Part shown: piece by piece, positions 8,362-15,156 of the stretch
Numbering within the stretch: the first letter of the stretch is position 1
Layout of the letters: each line of letters starts with the position of its first letter
Source of the DNA: a virus
Taxonomy: Duplodnaviria; Caudoviricetes
IMG/VR virus record: IMGVR_UViG_3300020043_002033
Coordinates: 1 to 59,778 of that record
Length of the DNA stretch: 59,778 nucleotides
Strand: one strand, 5' to 3'
The notes under the pieces: model-generated
The model's database searches: none
Seen by the model: the letters and a program-made list of their open reading frames with translations, nothing else
What the model was told of the DNA's origin: nothing
Translations under genes and position numbers: made by a program

Positions 8362-8567
8362 ACCAGCCCCCTGCTTGGCAGGGTGAACGCCACCAGTGAA
8401 CCGGGGCGGGGTACGTAGCCGCAAGGGTCTCCGTCGCCCACTTTGTAGGTTTTGCGTTTGAAGATGTCATTCTTCGGGGCTTGCACTTCGCCGGGTAGCT
8501 TTTTGCGCTCAAAATATTCTCCGGTGTGGATAGCTTTACGTGCGCCTTTTGAAAGTTTAATGTCCAT
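8358..8567 (-). CDS. hypothetical protein (RPGS..AF.LPSRG motif)
   Basis: GGAG SD; C-terminal motif typical of phage accessory proteins. Confidence 0.65.
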   Translation of the reverse strand: MDIKLSKGARKAIHTGEYFERKKLPGEVQAPKNDIFKRKTYKVGDGDPCGYVPRPGSLVAFTLPSRGLV

Positions 8568-8712
8568 CTTTTTTCTCCACGGGTTTAGCCAGCAGCCACT
8601 TATCTCCCAAAAAACGTACAGAGCGTACCCATGCTCTACGGTTGTGCCTGTCTATGCGGGGGATGCCAGAGTTAAAGTGTTGGCGCACTCTTGTCAGTAG
8701 TTTTGTGTTCAT
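8557..8712 (-). CDS. small basic hypothetical protein (51 aa)
   Basis: Hand translation MNTKLLTRVRQHFNSGIPRIDRHNRRAWVRSVRFLGDKWLLAKPVEKKDGH; AAGGA SD; first gene after a promoter. Confidence 0.65.
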   Translation of the reverse strand: MNTKLLTRVRQHFNSGIPRIDRHNRRAWVRSVRFLGDKWLLAKPVEKKDGH

Positions 8713-8754
8713 AGTCTTCCTTGGTTCATGCACTTATGTGTGTGCATGTGCAGA

Positions 8755-8782
8755 AGTCTACACTACTTTTCCAGCAATGCAA
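8755..8782 (-). promoter_or_regulatory. putative sigma70 promoter for the leftward accessory/replication operon
   Basis: TTGCAT-N16-TAGACT on the minus strand. Confidence 0.4.
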
Positions 8783-8813
8783 CTGCTTGTTCTGGTTTTT
8801 TTGTAACAGATGG

Positions 8814-9374
8814 CTAAGATTTACGCCAATCTGTCTGATCCCAGTTTCCCTTACCGTGGTTGCACTGGTGACAAAGAATTTGTAGGTTGCTCACATCCAA
8901 CGCCAAGTCTGGTCTCAGCTTCCTAGGTTGGATGTGGTCTACATTCATCACTGAGCCGTCGGCTGGCGTGGCCCCACAACACTGGCATCGTGGACCGTAT
9001 TTTTTTAGCGCCTCCATTCGCGCTTTACGCCAATGAAAAGTTTGCAAAAACGAAGACGAAGCAACATCAACTCCGTCTATGGTTTTAACTTTATTCGGCT
9101 TTCTAGTTTTTTGAGTTCTGTATATTTTTTTTGGCGCAGTTTTTGCCGGACAACTTTTTATTTTTTCAAACTGGTTTGTGCCAATGATGTGATCTATGCT
9201 CTCTTTCACCCACTGCTTGCTAGTCATGTTCATGGGCATCGGCATACCATCCACCTCAAGAGCCAAGCAAACAAGATCGTACAGGCCTGTGTTTTCTTTG
9301 TATGCGTAGCCCAATCTATCCTTGCAGTACCTTGTGAAAAAGACTGGTTTTATTAGTTTGCCATTAATCTTCAT
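8814..9374 (-). CDS. HNH endonuclease
   Basis: CQCCG...VDHIQPR...NLQILCHQCNHGKGN; GGAG SD. Confidence 0.9.
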   Translation of the reverse strand: MKINGKLIKPVFFTRYCKDRLGYAYKENTGLYDLVCLALEVDGMPMPMNMTSKQWVKESIDHIIGTNQFEKIKSCPAKTAPKKIYRTQKTRKPNKVKTIDGVDVASSSFLQTFHWRKARMEALKKYGPRCQCCGATPADGSVMNVDHIQPRKLRPDLALDVSNLQILCHQCNHGKGNWDQTDWRKS

Positions 9375-9399
9375 GATGACTCCGAGAGAGTGAGTGAGC

Positions 9400-9822
9400 T
9401 TCTTTAGGCAAGCCTATGCCTAGGGGAGAGCAAGCCCTCCGCCTATAGCATTACCTGACTCGTCGCTCGTTCATTCGCAACATTCAGGGGATGTGTAAAG
9501 TTGTTCGCCACATCCTATCTCCCGGTGTTATCCGCTCAACATGCGGCGTTCCCTAACCACACCACCGGAAGGCAACCCTACCCTCGCCACCGTGTACCGT
9601 CTCAATGAAGAACAGGATTGGTATAGCTACTCTACGGTCACTCTATCCCTATGCGCCCGGATGGGGATGCTTCTGATTCCGGGGATACAAACACAAGACA
9701 GAACTGTTGTGACTCTGCTCGCCCGGTACTACCTTTTCCCTGCCGCCATGACGCTTTACAGATACTCAGTTCCTGCCGTTTGTATGAAGTCTTTCCCGAT
9801 AGAACTTGTGTCGATCACCGTA
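9400..9822 (-). ncRNA. candidate large structured non-coding RNA
   Basis: At least eight closely packed inverted-repeat helices; G-U pairs favour the minus strand; no credible ORF. Confidence 0.5.
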
Positions 9823-9823
9823 G

Positions 9824-9922
9824 AAAACAAAAAAGCCGTTTACTACTGCTCTCGGTGGAAACCTCCTAAGAGGCAAGAGCATGAGTAAACGGCCTTTATC
9901 TGTCGCTTTCCACGGCAACGGG
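9824..9922 (-). ncRNA. C4-like antisense/attenuator RNA
   Basis: GTTGC-CGTGGAAA-GCGAC hairpin, then GCCGTTTAC...GTAAACGGC stem holding TTTCCAC and ending in a U-tract; architecture resembles phage C4-type RNAs. Confidence 0.6.
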
Positions 9923-9925
9923 GTT

Positions 9926-9934
9926 AGTGTAGCA
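9926..9934 (-). promoter_or_regulatory. putative extended -10 promoter for the RNA region
   Basis: TGcTACACT a few nt upstream of the first hairpin; no clear -35. Confidence 0.4.
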
Positions 9935-9940
9935 CAGGTT

Positions 9941-10411
9941 TTATTTTTTGAACTTGGTTAAAGAATCTTGTTCAACTATGTAGCCGTTCCCGTAGCCTAG
10001 GCTTCTCACGTTTTCTTTTCTGATCGCGCTGGCTGAGTCTATGTAGCCTACAAGGTCTACGTCATTTCCTTCTACGATAGCCAGCACGTATATGTCCACC
10101 TCGTCTACAGACTTGTCTATGTGTATAGCCAGTCTTCCATTCTTGTAGCGTGTGGCTTTTACGTCTATCTTCTTTCCCGTTCTCCCTATCAGGTCTGCTC
10201 CGCCTTTTCTTGGGAACACAGATAGGTCAGGGTACAGGTTAAACGCTTTGCCAAACGCCATCTCAGCCAGCATTCCATCCCGGTCTATTTCTATGGGGTC
10301 TTGTTTTCCCATCTGTTTGTCGGTTACGCCGTTGTTCCTTGCGGTGGCGTTCCTCATTAGCGCCAGCATTTGAGCTATGGCGCATTCAGATGGTGTCATT
10401 TTTACAAGCAT
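9941..10411 (-). CDS. putative PD-(D/E)XK restriction-endonuclease-fold protein
   Basis: G..AE.AF...GGADL......IDVKAT pattern; GGAGAG SD before the ATG at 10411. Confidence 0.6.
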   Translation of the reverse strand: MLVKMTPSECAIAQMLALMRNATARNNGVTDKQMGKQDPIEIDRDGMLAEMAFGKAFNLYPDLSVFPRKGGADLIGRTGKKIDVKATRYKNGRLAIHIDKSVDEVDIYVLAIVEGNDVDLVGYIDSASAIRKENVRSLGYGNGYIVEQDSLTKFKK

Positions 10412-10430
10412 CTGTCTCTCCGTTACGGGC

Positions 10431-10459
10431 AAAAAAAACCCCACCACACGGCAGGGTTA
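10431..10459 (-). terminator. Rho-independent terminator
   Basis: AACCCTGCC-GTGT-GGTGGGGTT hairpin running into a T tract, downstream of the VRR-NUC-like gene. Confidence 0.7.
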
Positions 10460-10485
10460 AGGTCGATTGACCAAGGGGAGATGGC

Positions 10486-10761
10486 CTATTCTATCACTGC
10501 TAGTGCGTCTTCTACAGAAGTCACTATGGCTATGATCCCGCCTGTCCACTCGTCAAAGAACTTTTTCTCTGCCGGGGTAAGCTGTCTCTGCGATGGCGCT
10601 TTGTCCCCGTCCTTCACCTCAAGCAGGTAAGTTACCCCCTTGTAGCCCACCAGCAGGTCAGGCAAGCCGTCTCCTTGGCTCACTATCCGTACATAGGCTC
10701 CCTTGGCTCTGAGGGCTTTCACTATGCAATTTTGATTGGCGTCTATGCGTTTTGCGTACAT
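10486..10761 (-). CDS. VRR-NUC-like / Holliday-junction-resolvase-like endonuclease
   Basis: R.DANQ..IV.ALR..G...GLPDLLVGY.G...LLEVKDG...LTPAE. Confidence 0.8.
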   Translation of the reverse strand: MYAKRIDANQNCIVKALRAKGAYVRIVSQGDGLPDLLVGYKGVTYLLEVKDGDKAPSQRQLTPAEKKFFDEWTGGIIAIVTSVEDALAVIE

Positions 10762-10785
10762 CGTTCTAAAACGTTTGAGAATAAA
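10757..10785. repeat. 29-bp palindromic site, copy 1
   Basis: TACATCGTTCTAAAACGTTTGAGAATAAA; near-identical to the reverse complements of 21022-21050 and 59639-59667. Confidence 0.8.
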
Positions 10786-10787
10786 TG

Positions 10788-10816
10788 TTGACTTGTGTGA
10801 TCCTATCTGGTACATT
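10788..10816 (+). promoter_or_regulatory. sigma70 promoter for the rightward recombination operon
   Basis: TTGACT-N17-TACATT with TGn extension; AAGGAG SD and ATG follow. Confidence 0.75.
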
Positions 10817-10844
10817 ACAACCAGAACAACCACCAAGGAGTGTC

Positions 10845-11048
10845 ATGTTAAGTCCAAAAGATCAGCGGATGTTGAAGGCCAGTTGCTTCGGTGACGGTAG
10901 CACAGGCAAGAACAATCCGGTACTCAATCAAACCATTAAAGAGATCATGGAAAAGAGTCCTTGGCTCTTTCATACAGATGTGTCATTAGATACGCGCCGT
11001 TTTTACCACAAGCCGTTCAACATTCCCTTCGCATCGGCGGTCAAATGA
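10845..11048 (+). CDS. hypothetical protein
   Basis: AAGGAG SD before ATG 10845. Confidence 0.6.
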   Translation: MLSPKDQRMLKASCFGDGSTGKNNPVLNQTIKEIMEKSPWLFHTDVSLDTRRFYHKPFNIPFASAVK

Positions 11049-11902
11049 AGTTAACCAACAAGCACAACCTGCCCCAGACGATCATCAATGTGATTGCACG
11101 GCCTACCTATACAAAGGGCAAGGCTAACTTCTCTGTAACTGAGTTACTTACCTCTCCGCGTATCGTTCAGCTAAAGCGTAAGCATTGGAACGATCTTGAA
11201 GAAGATGCTTCTGATATGGTGTGGTCACTGTTCGGCTCCGCCATTCACGGGGTTCTAGAACACGGTAAGGGCGATAACCATATCGTCGAAGAGCGAATCC
11301 ATCTTGAGATTGATGGCACTCACATCTCAGGTGCTATTGATCTGCAAGAGATCGAAGAGGATGGAATCATCTTGTCTGATTACAAAACCACCTCCGCATG
11401 GGTGGTTCAGAACGATAAGCAAGACTGGCATAACCAACTCAATGTCTACGCTTACCTTGTAGAGAAGGCTAAAAACAAGCCAGTCAAGAAGCTACAGATC
11501 GTTGCTATCGTTCGTGACTGGTCGCGCCGGGATGCCTTGAAAGAAGGTTATCCACAGGCTCCCATCGTCGTGCTTGATATTCCTCTCTGGTCATTTGCTG
11601 ACCGCGAGGCTTTCGTTAAATCTTGCATCGCAAAGCACACTTCTGCCGTGCTTGATATGGAGATTAATGAGCTTACCCAATGCACCCCAGAGGATATGTG
11701 GGAAAAAGAAACCACCTACGCCGTCAAGAAAGAAGGCGGCGTAAGGGCCAAAAGCGTTCACAAGACGCGAGAAGAAGCCGAGGCTGCTCTTACCAAGGGC
11801 TACTTTTTAGAAGTCAGAGAAGGAGAGCGTACTAGATGCGCCAATTTTTGTCAGGTCGCAGACTTTTGTGATCAATTCCAAACCTACAAAGGATCAATAT
11901 GA
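11045..11902 (+). CDS. PD-(D/E)XK exonuclease (RecB/Cas4-like)
   Basis: FGSAIHGVLE, ISGAIDL, DYKTT, QLNVY, C-terminal Cys cluster; next to the ERF recombinase. Confidence 0.85.
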   Translation: MKLTNKHNLPQTIINVIARPTYTKGKANFSVTELLTSPRIVQLKRKHWNDLEEDASDMVWSLFGSAIHGVLEHGKGDNHIVEERIHLEIDGTHISGAIDLQEIEEDGIILSDYKTTSAWVVQNDKQDWHNQLNVYAYLVEKAKNKPVKKLQIVAIVRDWSRRDALKEGYPQAPIVVLDIPLWSFADREAFVKSCIAKHTSAVLDMEINELTQCTPEDMWEKETTYAVKKEGGVRAKSVHKTREEAEAALTKGYFLEVREGERTRCANFCQVADFCDQFQTYKGSI

Positions 11903-12060
11903 ACTCAACAGCTATCGGGATTATTGGTGTACTAAGCACCTTTGCTTGGCTCACTCATGTGTTTACTTGTTTTGCTCAGGCCGCGTGGGGTTTCCTACTC
12001 GCCGGGGCAGTCTTCTTCCCTATCGGGATTCTTCATGGCCTTTACCTTTGGTTCAAATAA
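11899..12060 (+). CDS. small membrane protein (53 aa)
   Basis: Hand translation MNSTAIGIIGVLSTFAWLTHVFTCFAQAAWGFLLAGAVFFPIGILHGLYLWFK; AAGGA SD; fills the gap exactly. Confidence 0.7.
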   Translation: MNSTAIGIIGVLSTFAWLTHVFTCFAQAAWGFLLAGAVFFPIGILHGLYLWFK

Positions 12061-12369
12061 ATGGCAACTTACCCAATCCTTGAGTTGGATGTAATCCGCT
12101 GGGCAGAAGCCCGTAGGATCATCCCTAACAGCAGCCCAGAAACACAACTCCTTAAAGCTGTGTCTGAATTGGGTGAACTTGCAGACGCAACCATCAAGAA
12201 AGATCGCTCCAAGATCGCAGATGGTGTAGGTGATGTGATGGTCTGTCTCATCAACTACTGCGCTTTGCAAGACCTTGACCTTGTTGAGTGTCTTGAGCTT
12301 GCTTACAACGAGATCAAAGACCGTAAGGGTACTCTCCTGCCATCCGGCGTATTTGTGAAAGAAGAATAA
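12061..12369 (+). CDS. MazG-like nucleotide pyrophosphohydrolase
   Basis: QLLKAVSELGELA...IADGVGDVMV...AYNEIKDRKG, all-alpha NTP-PPase pattern. Confidence 0.85.
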   Translation: MATYPILELDVIRWAEARRIIPNSSPETQLLKAVSELGELADATIKKDRSKIADGVGDVMVCLINYCALQDLDLVECLELAYNEIKDRKGTLLPSGVFVKEE

Positions 12370-13037
12370 TGAAAGAAATATCAGCCGCTCTAGTCAAGGC
12401 GCAAACCGAATTCGGCCCTGCACTCAAGACACATACCAACCCGGCTTTCCGTTCTAAGTACGCCAATCTTTCTGCGTGTGTAGAAGCTGTTGTCGATGCT
12501 CTCAACGCCAACAAAATCTTTCTCATGCAGCCCACCCACCTGTGTGAGGATGGCGTGATTGTGGAGACCGTCTTTATCCACGCATCCGGTGAGCAAATGA
12601 GTTCCGGTAAGCTCCATGTACCAGCCTCTAAGCACGATGCTCAAGGCTATGGTTCGGCTCTTACCTACGCTCGTCGCTACTCTCTTATGGCCGCGTGTGG
12701 TATCGCTCCAGAAGACGATGATGGCAATGCAGCATCAAAGCCTAGGCCAAAACCCGAAGCTAAACCAGAGCCAGAACCCATCCCTAAAAAGATCGAAGGC
12801 AAGCCGGGTGCTTGGCAGATGGCTGTCTCTTCCTCTCCTTCTACTGAACCCGCTGAGTGGATTGACCTTGTGTGTGAGTCAGCAAACATTCAGCTTGGCC
12901 TTGCATCCAAGGCAGAAGATGTCACTGCTATCTTCACCGTCAATCGGGAAATCTTCAACACTCTCAAGTCTCAGTCGTCTGAAAAGTACGATGAACTGAT
13001 GGCCGTTTTCAAAACTACAAAGGCTAAATTCAAATGA
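12369..13037 (+). CDS. erf: ERF-family single-strand annealing recombinase
   Basis: NPAFRSKYA.L...QGYGSALTYARRYSL...GIAPEDDDGN. Confidence 0.9.
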   Translation: MKEISAALVKAQTEFGPALKTHTNPAFRSKYANLSACVEAVVDALNANKIFLMQPTHLCEDGVIVETVFIHASGEQMSSGKLHVPASKHDAQGYGSALTYARRYSLMAACGIAPEDDDGNAASKPRPKPEAKPEPEPIPKKIEGKPGAWQMAVSSSPSTEPAEWIDLVCESANIQLGLASKAEDVTAIFTVNREIFNTLKSQSSEKYDELMAVFKTTKAKFK

Positions 13038-13399
13038 ACTCTATCTCTGTCGCTGGCTCTCTGGGTAAAGATGCTGAAACCCGTTATCTCCCCAATGGGG
13101 ATGCGGTGTGTAACTTCTCTGTTGCCGATTCAATGGGCAAAGACAAAGGAACGATCTGGTGGAACTGCCAACTCTACGGTAAACGTGCTGAGTCTTTGAG
13201 CCAGTACCTTGTCAAAGGTCAGGCTGTTACTGTAACTGGCTCTGTCACTGAGCGTGAGTGGCAAGACAAAGAAGGAAGCAAGCGTAAGTCTATGGACATA
13301 CGTGTGAGTGATCTTGCTCTTCAGGGTGGGCGTAGGGATGAATCGCCACGGCAAGCACCAAGGCCAGCGCCTCTTGACGACAGCGATATCCCATTTTAG
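13034..13399 (+). CDS. ssb: single-stranded DNA-binding protein
   Basis: G.LGKDAE.RY...L.KG..V.VTG OB fold; acidic tail DDSDIPF. Confidence 0.95.
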   Translation: MNSISVAGSLGKDAETRYLPNGDAVCNFSVADSMGKDKGTIWWNCQLYGKRAESLSQYLVKGQAVTVTGSVTEREWQDKEGSKRKSMDIRVSDLALQGGRRDESPRQAPRPAPLDDSDIPF

Positions 13400-13402
13400 A
13401 CC

Positions 13403-13822
13403 ATGAAACCCTCTCAGTTTGAGGCGGTCAAGGTCGCCATTAAGCAGGACAAGACGGGTTACATCCTTACCCTGTCTATTCACCCTGATGAGATTCCAGC
13501 AGAGATCATGCGTGACTTTGTTGGCTCTCGCTATCAAGTGGTGATGGTCAGGCTTAATGGCGAAGAAAAGCCTATGAACCGCGAGAAAGAACACTCTCAC
13601 GATCTGGTTCGCACGGTAGGTATGTTGTGCCGGGATAAATCCTTCCACAAGTTCCTGCTTGAAACGGGCCAGATATTTGATGAGTCTGAGGCCGAGGCTA
13701 TCGCTTGGCTCAAATCAGAGTTAAAGATTGTCTCCCGCTCAGAACTCAGCACCAACATTCCAGCAGCAAAACAATTTAACCTCATCTACCAAGAATACTT
13801 AGCATGGAAACAAAACGTCTAG
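13403..13822 (+). CDS. phage hypothetical protein
   Basis: 139-aa ORF in the operon; SRSEL motif. Confidence 0.7.
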   Translation: MKPSQFEAVKVAIKQDKTGYILTLSIHPDEIPAEIMRDFVGSRYQVVMVRLNGEEKPMNREKEHSHDLVRTVGMLCRDKSFHKFLLETGQIFDESEAEAIAWLKSELKIVSRSELSTNIPAAKQFNLIYQEYLAWKQNV

Positions 13823-14085
13823 TCCCCTACTCAGTCCACCTCCGGGAGGATATCTACAACGCTCTTAAAGATGCTGCCAAGGATCGCAAGGCCACCTCTA
13901 TGGTGCGAGACGCCATCACGATGATTGTCGAAGGCACCAGTTCATTTGACAGTGGCTACAACAAAGGTATCCGTGATGCGATGCAAGCTGTCCAGTCGGA
14001 TGAACTCATCGGCAAAATCTCTTTTGACGGCAAGCCCATTTCAGATACCTTGTTGTCTCAGCTTGAGATGATGGTGGTGAAATGA
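13804..14085 (+). CDS. hypothetical protein, possible ribbon-helix-helix N-terminus
   Basis: YSVHLREDIYNALK...SMVRDAI pattern. Confidence 0.55.
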   Translation: METKRLVPYSVHLREDIYNALKDAAKDRKATSMVRDAITMIVEGTSSFDSGYNKGIRDAMQAVQSDELIGKISFDGKPISDTLLSQLEMMVVK

Positions 14086-14273
14086 GCGAGGGGCTGAACT
14101 CTCTTATTGAAAAGCCAGTCTCTATGTCAGAGATGCTTTTGTTTGATTGGTATGCAGGCATGGCTCTTATGAACTGCCAGTACACCGATCACAAAACAGC
14201 CGCTGAATGGGCTGCTTTAAGAGCTAAGGCAATGGTTGCAGAAAGGAGCAAATATGTACAAAGGGTTGTTTAA
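14082..14273 (+). CDS. hypothetical protein
   Basis: ATGA coupling; DWYAGMAL...A.AMVAER pattern. Confidence 0.6.
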   Translation: MSEGLNSLIEKPVSMSEMLLFDWYAGMALMNCQYTDHKTAAEWAALRAKAMVAERSKYVQRVV

Positions 14274-14487
14274 TTTCTCCTGCACCATCAGGGGCGTGGA
14301 TATGGAATGCTACGTTGACTACGAGGAGGAAGAGGAAGCTACATTCGATGATCCGGGAACGCCTGAATACGTTCAGGTCTTTCACGCCCATGTAGGTGGA
14401 GTGGATGTGATTGATCTTCTCAGTGATTCAGTCATTGATGAGATAGAAGAAAAAGCTCTAGAAGCCATGATGGACTACGGTGAATAA
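14254..14487 (+). CDS. acidic hypothetical protein
   Basis: AAGGAG SD before ATG 14254. Confidence 0.65.
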   Translation: MYKGLFNFSCTIRGVDMECYVDYEEEEEATFDDPGTPEYVQVFHAHVGGVDVIDLLSDSVIDEIEEKALEAMMDYGE

Positions 14488-14740
14488 CAAGCTCAACAAC
14501 AAGGAGAGGCTTCACTTGGCAAGGATTAAATCTTTGCCTTGTTCTGTCTGCGGAGATGTGGGCGGGAGTGAAGCCCACCACATCGAGCAGCACTATCAAT
14601 ACTTATGTATCCCTTTGTGTGCTGATTGCCACAGGGGGTCTTTCAATGGTCTGCACGGCCAGAAAAGAATTTGGAATGTTCTCAAGAAGACAGAGCTATC
14701 TTGTCTGAATGAGACGATTGAAAAACTGATCGGGAATTGA
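14480..14740 (+). CDS. small Zn-binding HNH-like protein (DUF968/Ref-like)
   Basis: LPCSVCG...EAHHI...CIPLCADCH. Confidence 0.7.
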   Translation: MNNKLNNKERLHLARIKSLPCSVCGDVGGSEAHHIEQHYQYLCIPLCADCHRGSFNGLHGQKRIWNVLKKTELSCLNETIEKLIGN

Positions 14741-14741
14741 A

Positions 14742-15107
14742 GTGCCTATCACACTCAGCCAAGAAAAAATTCGTACTGAGTTTGGATGTTGCGGAGACTA
14801 TGACAACTGCCAACACTCATGCACAAGCAGAGGAATTTATTTAGAAGCCTGTAGGCAAAGAGAAAAACTCTACAAACGTTTAGACAATAGGAACAATATG
14901 ACCGCAAACAATACACAAATAGCTGGCACACACTATAAGAAAAAAACTATCGAGCCGTGGGACTTCATAGCCGCAAACAATATTGGGTTCTTTGAAGGCA
15001 ACGCTATAAAGTACCTGTCCCGCTGGCGCGATAAGGGAGGCGTAGAAGACCTCCGCAAAGCTAGGCACTACATTGAAAAGCTGATCGAACTTGAGACTAA
15101 GAATTAA
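14742..15107 (+). CDS. DUF3310 (T7 gp1.7-like) protein; start uncertain, possibly 14898
   Basis: Q..GTHY...IEPWDFI...FFEGNAIKY..RW..KGG.EDL.KA.HY. Confidence 0.8.
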   Translation: MPITLSQEKIRTEFGCCGDYDNCQHSCTSRGIYLEACRQREKLYKRLDNRNNMTANNTQIAGTHYKKKTIEPWDFIAANNIGFFEGNAIKYLSRWRDKGGVEDLRKARHYIEKLIELETKN

Positions 15108-15156
15108 TAGTCTCTATTGAAATAGCAAACCAATAGGTTATTCCTATCGTAATTTG

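Noticed and set aside
9541-9888. 115-aa and 72-aa + strand ORFs across the structured region
   Set aside because: No SD, opposite to local transcription, no recognisable motifs; the region is better explained by RNA structure.
9375-9940. Group I/II intron, CRISPR or TIGR-type array, or tRNA as the identity of the non-coding region
   Set aside because: No interrupted host gene, no P7 or domain V consensus, no periodic repeats, no cloverleaf with a T-loop.
8787-10829. AACCAGAACAA near both the 8.78-kb leftward and 10.8-kb rightward promoters
   Set aside because: Only 11 bp and in different positions relative to the promoter elements; insufficient support.
11045-11902. Cas4-like nuclease as a sign of a CRISPR system
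   Set aside because: No repeat-spacer array or other cas genes; its position beside ERF and SSB fits a recombination exonuclease.
14866-14890. Possible fourth copy of the palindromic site (CAAACGTTTAGAC); similar AAACGTTT cores near 274 and 15874
   Set aside because: Only the central 8-9 bp match; could be chance.
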